This document shows positions 52,816 through 64,000 of a DNA stretch of 64,000 nt, in pieces. This DNA comes from Mobula hypostoma (taxonomy: Eukaryota): contig NC_086108.1 of assembly GCF_963921235.1 (NCBI RefSeq), positions 73,286,001 through 73,350,000 of the forward strand, read 5' to 3'. Positions within the stretch are counted from its first letter, which is position 1, and the number at the start of each line of letters is the position of its first letter. The notes under the pieces are model-generated. The model did no database searches. It worked only from the letters and a program-made list of their open reading frames with translations, and was not told the DNA's origin. The position numbers and the translations under genes are program-made.

Positions 52816-53186
52816 ATTAAGGAGAGATATACGCACTTGCATTGGAAACATTCAAAGAAAGTGTAGTAATATGGTTACTAAATTGAAGTCATGAGGAACA
52901 TTTAAGTAAGTTGAGCATATATTTAACGAAGCTTAAAAAATGAGAGAGCTGGTTTTATTGACAAGATAAATGCCAAGAGGTTGCTCCCCAATACAAGAGA
53001 ATCAAGAACTGAGGTATAGTTTCAGAATAAGAAGACATCCACTTTACATAGATTTGAGAAGGAATGTCTTCTCTCAGGGAATCTTTCAAATTTTCTATGC
53101 CTGGATGAAGGGGGAGTCAGGTGGGAAAAATGGGGTATAGGGCAAGGTTAGATGTGGTATGAACTTTCTGAATGCTCAGGAGACTC

Positions 53187-53251
53187 TGTGTGTGTGTGTG
53201 TGTGTGTGTCTGTGTGTGTCTGTGTGTGTGTATGTGTTCATGCGCGTGTGT
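53187..53251. repeat. (TG)n microsatellite
   Basis: Directly visible imperfect TG run. Confidence 0.95.
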
Positions 53252-53469
53252 GGTTTATGTGATAAAATAGAAATAGATAAATGTAGAGCAAATTACTGAT
53301 AAAGAATGGAAAACCTATGTACTCTACAAGAAACAGGCAGATTAAAAACCATATCACATGCAGAAGCACTTTCCCACTTTTAAAAATATTATGATATTGC
53401 AAAATAAGTATGACTAATAATAAGAAAATTTGTAAGAATTTATTAATAGAATATTGGTTGATGAACCAT

Positions 53470-53529
53470 ACTGTGCAAAAGTCTTAGACACCATAGCTAC
53501 ATATACGTGCCTAAGATTCTTGCACAGTG
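53470..53529. mobile_element. Tiny palindromic MITE (related copies at about 57518-57577 and 57974-58035)
   Basis: TACTGTGCAAAAGTCTTAG...CTAAGATTCTTGCACAGT. Confidence 0.65.
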
Positions 53530-53634
53530 CTGTATATTATGCCTTCCAATTACCAAATAACACTTAATACTATTGAGCTAATAGAAAGCTCTTATTTCCG
53601 TTTCCCAACCATCTTCCTATTTTAACCAATATAT

Positions 53635-54900
53635 AGTTGACATCAGAAGTTTACATACACCTTAGCCAAATACATTTAAACTCAGTTTTTCCACAATTCC
53701 TGATATTTAATCCTAGAAAACGTTCCCTGTCTTAGGTCAGTTAGGATCACTACTTTATTTTAAGAATGTTTATACTTTATTTTAATAGTAGAGAGAATGA
53801 TTTATTTCAACTTTTATTTCTTTCATCACTTTCCTAGTGGGTCAGAAGTTTACACACACTTTGTTAGTATTTGCCTTTAAATTCTTTAACTTGGGTCAAA
53901 CATTTTGGTAGCCTTCCACAAGCTTCTCACAGCAAGTTGCTGGAATTTTGTTCCATTCCTCCAGACAGAACTGGTGTAACTGAGTCTGGTTTGTAGGCCT
54001 CATTGCTCGCACACGCTTTTTCAGTTCTGCCCACAAATTTTCTTTTGGATTGAGGTCAGAAAATGATGTCAAGTCTGGTTCATCCTTGAGCGCAATTTCC
54101 AAATACCTAAGGGTACAAACAATAGTACGCAAGTATAAACACCATGGGATCACCCAGCTGTCATACCACTCAGGAAGGAGACGCATTCTGTCTCCTAGAG
54201 ATGAACGTACTTTGGCACGAAAAGTGCAAATCAATCCCAGAACAACAGCAAAGGACCTTGTGAAGATGCTGGAGGAAACAGGTAGACAAGTATCTATATC
54301 CACAGTAAAACGAGTCCTATATCAACATAACCTGAAAGGCTGCTCAGTAAGGAAGAAGCCACTGCTCCAAAACCACCATTAAAAGCCAGACTACAGTTTG
54401 CAAGTGTAAATGGGGACAAAGATCTTACTTTTTGGAGAAATGTCCTCTGGTCTGACGAAACAAAAATTGAATTGTTTGGCCATAATGACCATAATTATGT
54501 TTGGAGGAAAAAGGGTAAGGCTTACAAGTCGAAGAACACCATCCCAACCGTGAAGCACGGGGGCGGCAGCATCATGTTGTGGGTGTTTTGCTGCAGGAGG
54601 GACTGGTGCACTTCACAAAATAGATGGCATCATGAGGAAGGAAAATTATGTGGATATATTGAAGTAACATCTCAAGACATCAGCCAGGAAGTTAAAGCTC
54701 GGTTGCAAATAGATCTTCCAAATGGACAATGACCCCAAGCATACCTCCAAAATTGTGGCAAAATTTCTTAAGGACAACAAAGTCAAGGTATTGGAGTGGA
54801 CATCACTAAGCCCTGACCTCAATCCGATAGAAAACTTGTGGGCAGAACTGAAAAAGCGTGTGCGAGCAAGGAGCCCTACAAACCTGACTCAGTTCCTGCA
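53635..54900. mobile_element. Sleeping Beauty-like (Tc1, IR/DR type) transposon, rearranged
   Basis: 53635-53860 matches the reverse complement of the SB right IR/DR (AGTTGA..CAGAAGTTTACATACACCTTAGCCAAATACATTTAAACTCA...GTGGGTCAGAAGTTTACA). Plus-strand transposase 54070-54895 reads [67 protein letters not shown]. Confidence 0.93.
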
Positions 54901-55416
54901 GTAATCCGAGAAGCAAAGCGAGAGGACATTATCACGGAACATTCCCTCTAAAGGTTCATAAGTTTGCCTCAAATCTAACCTGACTATTTGTTTCCAATTC
55001 TATTATTATGAGTTTTATCTCAGGTTTGTGACTTGGCAAGTTGAACATTATTCAAAGCAGACAAATTTGCATCTTATTACATTCTGGTTGTTCCTTCGTC
55101 CTACACTACTTTATTGAACAGAGCATAAAGCCCTGGGCAACGTATTACTCATCTTTCAAGACTGAAATTAGGTGGATATGCAATATGTTCATAAATCAGA
55201 CTTAAGAAATATGTACACATTTTTCTTGTGACTGATTTGAAGCCTAAGGCTAAAGGGGAAAACACTTTCATGGCCAGCAACATTAATATCTTTGAAAGGT
55301 ACCATGTCACATAAAGCTATCATGAATATTTCCCAAATTACATGACAATGTATCTCCCTATTTTTAGAATTCCATAATTGTTAAAAGATCCATAAAATAT
55401 TACCTACTGTATGAAT

Positions 55417-56578
55417 ACTATTTCCTCTAAGCTGCGCGACTGTGCTGGTGCACAGTAACTGAAATACTCCCATGCACATAGCCTTCGTTGCCACACAGCT
55501 GGAATATTTTTTATATAATGTTAATATAATTTTGAAATCTACAGTTTGTTAATGTGATTGTGAAAGGAGGGGAGGGGAGGAGATGATGGCGACGCGGCAC
55601 ATCGCGCACGGCCGCTCCAAAATGATGTTGTATTTGTTAAATAGGGGCCGTGCACAATCCTGATTTGATGGAGACAGACGTGAAAAGCACAGAGGAACAT
55701 CTGGAGAAACTTCTGAAATGCCAGCTTTGCTGCCGCTGCTACTGTGTGATCGAGAATCTCCAGAGGGGAAGGCCCCAAATCCTCGGTTTTGCCTATTGCC
55801 TGTTGCCGGGTCTGGGATCGAAGCGCTCGGCAGAGATCGTGCTTGGTGATGGTGTTGGAGGGCTGGTTGGAGGCTCGAAGTTTTCGGACGGACTAAAGAG
55901 TCGGCTGTGGTCGGTGCTTCCAGGGTGCTGCATCGGCAAGTTTGCAGCGTTGGAGGTTCATGGCAGGGAGAGTTTCTCCCTTCTACCATCTGCGTGAGAT
56001 GATGGGACTTCCGAGAGACTTTGAGACTTTTTTTTACCGTGCCATGGTCTGTTCTTCATCAAATTACGGTATTGCTTTGCACTGTTGTAACTATATGTTA
56101 TAATTATGTGTTTTTTGTCAGTTTTTTTAGTCTTGGTTTGTCTTGTGTTTCTGTGATATCATACTGGAGGAACATTGTATCATTTCTTAATGCATGCATT
56201 ACTAAATGACAATAAGAGAGGACTGTGTGTCCTCATAATCTAATCTAATCTAACCTAATCTAAATACCCTGTAATTAATTGTTATTGAACATAATCCATA
56301 AATTTTCTAAATAATAAACATACCATAACCCTTACTTCAAAACATTCTACAGCTTCAATGTTCAGTGATTCGACTTACAACACTTACAAATTGTAACAAT
56401 AAACACAGAATGGAAGTTGGTACATTATGGTTAATAAACCGCCAGGCCATTGAACACTGACGCTGCCTATGTAAAAAAACATTTTGAATGCCATGCAGTT
56501 TTCAGTCCGTGTAAAAATTTACTGTTCAGAGCAATAGTTGGTCTGCGCAGCTGTAAAAAAAAATCAGAGAGAACATTC
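55417..56578. mobile_element. Probable non-autonomous hAT element with a nested retro-repeat (55560-56245)
   Basis: Degenerate ends TATTTCCTCTAAGCTGCGC ... GCGCAGCTG..TCAGAGAGAACATT resemble the TIR at 63188. Confidence 0.45.
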
Positions 56579-57199
56579 CCAATGAACTAAAGAAATATTG
56601 CCCAAAGTAGAATTCCGTTTTATATAAATCTATCATCAATACATGAACATCTGTTTATTCATACTGTATTATTAATTTAATTAATCTAGTTTCTGCTGTA
56701 CTTGAATTTCAATGTCACTGAATTTTGCTATTTTACCTTCATTTAATTTGGCACATTGGCCTATAATGTGGATAAATTGGACATGGGAAAGGGCAACATA
56801 ATTTGGCTTAAAACAGCGAATGTTATAATGGCATTTTGTGGAGTGGTATTGCAACTTACACCAGAATACCAGACTTGATCCTCTATTGTGCATAGTAGAA
56901 TAGGTCTTACACCAGTAAATGTATCTGAAGGCCTCTCCTCAATTGTCTCCTGTCATTGTGGGGAGCAGATAGCGGAGTTTGGCATTAGATGAAGGTGGTG
57001 GGAGAAGATTTGTGGGAGAAGTTTAAAAAGATGGTGAAAGAATTATGGTGGAAAGAAGATTAGATGTAATATAAGATAGGTGGGGAAAAGATAAGAGATC
57101 CCATGGTTAGAAGACAATTAGAAAAGTGATGGCACAACTACATTTCTTCTGAGATCATCTTTCAGCTACTGCTGTAAACTGAATGTGTATGACAATGTA

Positions 57200-57495
57200 G
57201 GCAGCACCAGCATTCACAGATCAGGGTTCAATTCCCGCCAATCTCTGTAAAGAGCTTGTATGTTCTCCCTGTGACCACATGGATTTCCTTTGGGTGCTCT
57301 GATTGCCTCCCACATTCCAAAAGACAGATGAGAGTTACTAGGTTGTGGGCATTCTAGGTTGGTACTGGAAGCATGCTGACACCTGCGGGGCTGTCTCCAG
57401 CAGATCCTCAAACTGTGGTGGTTGTTGGAGGCAAAGCACGTATTTCACTGTATGCTTCAATGTTCTGATCTACTTGTGACAAATAAAGCTAATCT
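57200..57495 (+). mobile_element. tRNA-derived V-domain SINE
   Basis: GGTTCAATTCCCGCC..GAGCTTGTATGTTCTCCCTGTGACCACATGG..CCTCCCACATTCCAAA. Confidence 0.75.
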
Positions 57496-60400
57496 TTATC
57501 ATTGTGCTAACATACTGTACTGTGCCATAGTCTTAGACCCACATACAGGTATATATAGCCAAGACTTCTGAAGAGTACTGTAGTAATTTTATGTATTGCA
57601 CTGTACTGCTATAACAAGAAAAAAAACATGACAGTTGTGAGTGATGATAAACCGGATTCTGATATGGGTCTCTGTTGTGGACTGAGAGTGGAAAGGGGAT
57701 AGGGAGAGGAGAATCATGGTTGGGAAAAGGGGAGGGGGCAAGAAGCACCAAATGGACATTCTGTAATGATCAATAAACTAATTGTTTGGAATCAAATTAG
57801 CTTGCCTGGTGCTTCAGGCTGGATGTGTCTGCACCCACTCTAACCCCCACCCCGGCACTCCTCTGCGACCCGTCCCACACCCTTCCCTTGATGCTCCACT
57901 CCCTTCATTCTCGATATTCTTTGCTCCTGCCAGATTTACAAACTCACGGTCCACTCCACATTGACAAGAACAGTACAGTGCAGAGGTCTTAGACACCCAA
58001 GTTCCATGTATGTGCCTAAAAGCTTTGCACGGTACTGTATCTGCTAGCAGATATAACATGTCAACAGAGTCCAACATTAACACATGCAGAGAGAGAACTG
58101 CTCACTCATATTTAATGATACTCGTACATCCGCACTACGCTGATCCCACTTTTTTAAACAACAATGTACTTTCTTGACATGCAAAATTAATGAGCAATAC
58201 TATAAATCTAGTGTAGTATCTGCATTTTGGTTTCTTTGGCAGATTTGATTTTTCACTTCCTGGTGTCTGCACTGGAGTGAACTCATTCAAAATTTCATGA
58301 TCAAGTCATTCGCTATTTGGACTTGGATCACCCCTAGTAGAAATCTTTTAATTTATATGAATAATTTGGACTTTGACCCCAATATCAGCTAAATTGCACT
58401 TGGTTCTACAAACCTTCTCTATATTTCATCCTCCCACTTGTGTGAATTCACTTGCTTCGGGAATGTGCTGGTTTGGCTTGAAACCACATTCTTTCTGATG
58501 TGTGTAAGCTGTTTCTGTTCAACTCTGAAACCACATTTAACTGAACCAGCCTCAAGTGCCTTCTCAGTCTTCACTTCGTCAAGAGTTCTACAAACTCTGA
58601 GGTTACGTGCAGTTTTGTTTGTACTACAGCGACAATTAGCCAAGCAATGTTTCACACTGGGCTTTGGTTATCCTCACAGCACTTGGTGTTTTGACAGCTT
58701 TTCACCAATTCTGAATGATTTCTCAGCTGCTCCAGTTGAAACCAGCAGATATAAAGGAATGAGCATATATTTGACAACATTCCACTTTATAAAGAAAGTA
58801 TATCAAAACTGGGGACCAAGTAAGTCATTCGTTTACTGATCTCAACTCATTCTATCATCTCAACTCATTCCATCAAAGCCTCACTGCTTTGCTTCAATCC
58901 ACTTTCAGTGCCAATCAGTCAGTGCCAGGAAATTATTATTACATTTTTCACAAACATCTACATAATACTCTGCAAAGACACCCACACTATAATTGCAAAT
59001 GAGCTTTAAGTGGCTAGTTTTTACATCCTTGGTAAATATTGCATGTAATTACCTGTGATACAAGGACATTATTGAAACTGGGCCAAGTTTCTTAGAGTTG
59101 CTTCTGTACTAGCAACTCCTTTGTGTTTGGTGTGAAAATCACCCAAAATCACTTCTTTTTCTCAGTGTAGTAGAACTGAAAGGTAATACAATTATACTAC
59201 ACAAAAACCGCATCTTAGCCATTGTAACCAAGTTGCATAGCTAAGAATATCTGGTAGATGTTCTTCTTCTAAAGCAGTACCGCCCTTTGGATCAAGGATA
59301 ATTTACTTCCTAAAAACAAACTGATAAGGAAACACAGTGGATCAAGCAGCATTGATGGGGAGGGGCATTGACAACATTTCAAGTTGAGACACCACGTTTG
59401 GAGATCCTGAAACACTGACAATTCATCTCTTTCCATAAATGCTACTTCACCCATTGCGTACCTCCACTAGTTTGCTTTTTATTAAAGATTCCAATATTAA
59501 CAATCCATTGTGTTTCCAGGATTTACTTCCTCACCTGTTTCCCTTCAGCTAATGAGGCCTATGTGAGAACTGAAGTTTGATGTCTGGTGGGGTAGCTGAG
59601 TGGGTACCTTGTAGGTGGCTCACTTTACCCACAAATTATGTATATTATCACCATGTAGGTTCCTTACTTACAGCCTTGTTCACTTGACATCTCCTTGCAA
59701 CACTGTGGAACTGTTTCAATGTTTTATCTGTACAAAAGTGAAATCCTGCCCATCATACCAAAATCAATTCAGCATTGGGTACTTCTGGGTCTTGCTCATA
59801 ATTTAAGTACTATGACTTGAAGGTATTCATCATATAATGCATAGATCATATTTGTGGTTTCAGAGTCTTATGCCATACGTATTCAATCCTTATACCATAG
59901 CTGCAATAGAGTATCCACAATGGGGCTATGTTCTGTATTCCTGCTTTCAATGGCATCATCAAATACTGATAGAATAGTCTGCTTTTGCATCCATGATGTT
60001 GCCAAACGAAGGATCACTGATTTGGGACCAAATTTTCTTGCCTACCTCTATAGTCATAGAGTCATACAGCAGAAAAATGGACTCTTCAGTCTACCTGAAA
60101 CAAATTTTAAGAAACAGCAGTAGTGGTTTGAAGAAAACAGAGAAAAGTCTATGATATGATGAAAGGAAGGAGAGCTTGATGTACATAGGTGGTGTGATAC
60201 AATTGGCTGAGGATCGTAAAGGCCAGTGAATGTGTATCTATGGGAGATGCAGAAAGGAGGGGATAGAGAACTTCAGAAAAGCCAGAAGGAGAGAAAACAC
60301 AGAAAGCCTGTGAGCTCTAGAAATGTGAGCTAGAAAACTGGAAAAGGAGACTATCTGATTCACTGTTGAGTTCGCTGTTAAGTCCACTGTTGTAATGTGT

Positions 60401-60664
60401 CAGAGCACACGCATGCATATGTTCCTCCTTGAATATACATTGAAATTTATTGGAATTGCACGGAAGGCCAAAGACAGAGCAATTGGAATGAAGTGGAGAA
60501 TGTAATTGGCAGACAGTTGAGTGTTTCCAGCAATTTCATTTCATCTCAGATTTCCAGGACCTGCACTATTTTGCTTTTTGTATTTATGTAACATCTTCCC
60601 AGATAACCCAAAGCACATTTGCTCAGGGTGTAGTCACTGTTAAAATATTGGAAATATAAATTAA

Positions 60665-61961
60665 GTTCAGAATCAGAATCAGAATCCTTTATTAGTCATA
60701 GTCATAGTCATACTTTATTGATCCTGGGGGAAATTGGTTTTCGTTACAGTTGCACCATAAATAATTAAATAGTAATAAAACCATAAATAGTTAAATAGTA
60801 ATATGTAAATTATGCCAGGAAATAAGTCCAGGACCAGCCTATTGGCTCAGGGTGTCTGACCCTCCAAGGGAGGAGTTGTAAAGTTTGATGGCCACAGGCA
60901 GGAATGACTTCCACCAAGTATGTGGACACATACAGGGAACTTGATGCCGGTTTCCCTGAGCTCTCGCTGTACAGAATCAAAAAGCAAACAAAACAATAGT
61001 GCAAATAATCGTGAACTATATACAATGAGGTATACCTGTGTATGTACAGGTGGACTTGGTTTATAATAGATTAAAATTCAAGTGTTCATAAGACTGATGG
61101 CATACGGAAAGAAACTGTTCTTGTACCTATTTGTCCTGGTATACAGTGATCTAAAGCGCCTACCAGAAGGAAGGAGTTGGAACAGGTGATGCCCAGGGTG
61201 TGATGGGTCTACAATGATGCTGCTTGCTCACTTCCTGACTCTAGATACATATAAGTCCTGGACCGAGGGCAGCTTCACACCAATAATTCTTTCCACAGCC
61301 CTGATGGTTCTTTGGAGTCTATTCTTGTCTTGTTTGGTAGCTGATCCAAACCAGACGGTGATGGACGAACAGAGAACAGACTGGATTATTCCTGAATAGA
61401 ATTGAATCAGCAGCTCCTGAGGCAGATTGTACTTCCTGAGTTGACGTAGGAAATACAACCTCTGCTGAGCCTTTTTGATAAGAGTGTCCGTGTTGGGTGT
61501 CCACTTCAGATCCTGGGAGATTGTGACACCCAGAAACCTGAAGGTCTCCACAGCAGACACAATACTGTTGAGTATAGTGAGTGGGGGGAGCACTGGGGGG
61601 CTTCTCCTGAAGTCCACTATCATCTCCACAGTCTTGAGCGTATTTAGCTCCAGATCGTTCTGACCACACCAGCGGGCCAGCCGTTCCACTGCCCGTCTGT
61701 ATGCAGACTCATCACCGTCTCGGATAAGGCCAATGACAGTTGTGTCGTCTGCAAACTTCAGGAGTTTAACAGATGGATCCTGTGAGGTGCAATCATTAGT
61801 GTAAAGGGACAAGAGCAGTGGGGAGAGCACACATCCCTGGGGGGCACCAGTACTGATTGTCTGGGTGCTAGAAATGATGCTCCCCAGCCTCACTTGCTGC
61901 ACTCTGTCAGTCAGGAAGCTTGTGATCCACTGACAGAAGGCGGGGGAGACAGTGAGCTGGG
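60665..61961 (-). mobile_element. Rex1/Babar-type LINE 3' part, relatively young (open RT frame)
   Basis: ORF 61228-62010 contains [56 protein letters not shown]. Tail is (ATTCTG)n. Confidence 0.92.
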
Positions 61962-62275
61962 ACGATTGTGCTCGCCCTGACTTCCCACATACTGCAAGCG
62001 GAGCACTCAACTGCCCTAACTGCTGCCTAATCCATTACCTACTCTTAAGGTAATTAGATTTATTAAAGGAACTTACCAGGCCTTACCTCACTTGGAGTGA
62101 AGTTCTTCCTCAGCTTCTGCTCGCCGAAGCCTCAGGAGCCAAAGCCTTCCTACTCTGTCTCCCTCTACTCCATCACCCGCTCCGTTAATCTTCTCGCTTT
62201 TAAACACTCCCGCTGCCTCACGGTCCGACTTACATGCGTTTGCGCAGTCGTGCCCCGTTCAACCGCCGAAGAAGA
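61962..62275 (-). mobile_element. CR1 5' UTR and ORF1 start
   Basis: Minus-strand frame AVRAVECSACSMWEVRASTIVP is homologous to the CR1 ORF1 starts at about 31200 and 42865. Confidence 0.7.
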
Positions 62276-63187
62276 TCTAGTGTAATTTTTCCAAGCTTGC
62301 TAATGATGTGGAGCCGTATGGCTTGTGAGGAAGATAGAGAAACACCTGGTGAATTGACAAGAACCTGGCAGATGTTTAGTAATGTGGAAATGTGAAGTCA
62401 TTCACTTTGACAGTGAAAATGGAAAGGTTACATTTTTTTTAATAGTGAGAGATTGCTGGGAGGGTTTCTTTGTCTTTTGTGAAAATAAATGCAAAATATT
62501 TGTTTAATTCCTCAGTCATTTTGTTATTCTACAATATAATTTTTCATGTTTCAATCTTTAAAAGACCCAGACTAGATTTAACTAATCTTTTCCTTTTAAC
62601 ATATCTATAAAAGATTTGACAATTTTTGATGCGTCCTCTTTAGCCTACTCTCATACTCCACCTTCCCCTTCTTTATCAATACTTTTGTCATCCACCGAAT
62701 TCTAAAATTTTCCAGATCCTTAAACTTCCTATTTTTTGGACAATGTTATGAGTTATTTTCTTTGATCTTGAAAGCCAATTTTGTGTTGTCTAAAGATATA
62801 TAGTAAATACTGTAAACTATGTCATATTCCTTTCAAGGCAAGCCATTACGTGGTTAATTTCATACATTTAATATAGTTCCACAATGCGTCATAACTAGAA
62901 CTCGCGTCAAGCCTTCATAGACTGCTTCACTCATATTTAAGAATGAATTGGCTTCTTTAGTCAACAAAATCATTTTGCATTTTTCAATTAAATTCAATCA
63001 ATTTATGATCACTAATTTCTAAAGATCCCTTCATTACCCAATCATCAATTAAACTTTTCTCATTAGACAAGTTACTGAAATTAATCTGTTGACTCATGGA
63101 TTCCTGTACATACTGATTTCAAAACCTATCTCTGACATACTTATTTAATTCATTCTCCACAATATTACTGCTAATTTGGTTTACCAG

Positions 63188-64000
63188 CAATGTTCCCTCC
63201 AATTTTTAGTAGTCAGTGTGCACAAAAATCTTATGTTGTGCAAATTTTTTTCCTGTGACAAAAGTATATGCACACTGAATGCACACATGGCACAGTTTAT
63301 GTTGGTTTACAAAATATTTGACATAAAACTGCACAGAATAACAACAAAATAGCATACATATTTAAGTCACTCAGTTATTTTTTCTCTCTCTCCTGTCTTT
63401 GGCATTTACCCCTTCTTTGTAAACTCTATCTCGACTAATAGAACTTCCATCCAATTGATAGCTTTTGATTCTCATTAACATATCCAAATAACATTCACCT
63501 AAACGGTTTCTCAGCTTGTTTTTGAGTTGATTCATTAGGCTAAAACCTCACTCGCCTCCGCACTAGACGCAAGAAAGATTCCCCCAATGTCCATCAACTG
63601 TGCAAGGTCGCAAAACTGTTCATTTTGAAGTACAAATGCCACCATTTGAGCAAAGTTTGAAATCAGTTTGGACTTAATTTTTTTCTTGCACGGAAAATTT
63701 GAAATAATTAAACTATCTAACTATTACAGTATTTTCAGCTAGAAAATCATGATATTTAAGACATAAGGCATTAACTTGTTCATTGCCAAATGTGAAGTCA
63801 CAATCTGCAATTGCGGAGAAATCAAAAGCTGACCATTCTTGTACCTCATCTTTAGGAAACCTTTCTTCTAAATAAACAGAAAGACTATTTATAAAAGTCA
63901 ACAGCGAACCTGCCTCTACTGCGACGTTTTCTTCACATTGTTGGCTTAGCAAAACTTTAACTTCGTCACTCCACAAAATATTGTCTCCCAGATGCTGCTT
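63188..64000 (-). mobile_element. hAT (Tip100/ZNF862-like) DNA transposon, 3' end of transposase and TIR; runs off the window
   Basis: FINSLSVYLEERFP..WSAFDF; FLASSA..GFSLMNQLKNKLRNRLGECYLDMLMRIK (hAT dimerisation domain). Terminal CAATGTTCCCTC at 63188. Confidence 0.85.

Overview
Eukaryotic, repeat-dominated, apparently non-genic (intronic or intergenic) vertebrate DNA. The repeat set (CR1 LINEs with esterase ORF1, Rex1/Babar-type LINEs, Penelope-like elements, V-domain SINEs) suggests a cartilaginous fish; this is inference. I recognised no intact host protein-coding exon. Most ORFs in the track are decayed transposon fragments or their antisense shadows. The standout feature is a decayed endogenous foamy-like (spumaretrovirus-like) provirus on the minus strand at about 23.6-29.1 kb. 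It comprises the integrase C-terminal half, an env with recognisable leader, SU and TM motifs (split by younger LINE and MITE insertions), and about 1.8 kb of unexplained post-env sequence that includes a hydrophobic multi-pass-looking reading frame. Also present: an Academ(X)-type DNA transposon nested in a Penelope element, a rearranged transposon very close to Sleeping Beauty, many Penelope pLTR fragments carrying minimal hammerhead ribozymes, and an LTR element whose PBS position is complementary to its own LTR. Protein comparisons were made by eye against remembered reference sequences; no searches were run, and boundaries of decayed repeats are approximate.
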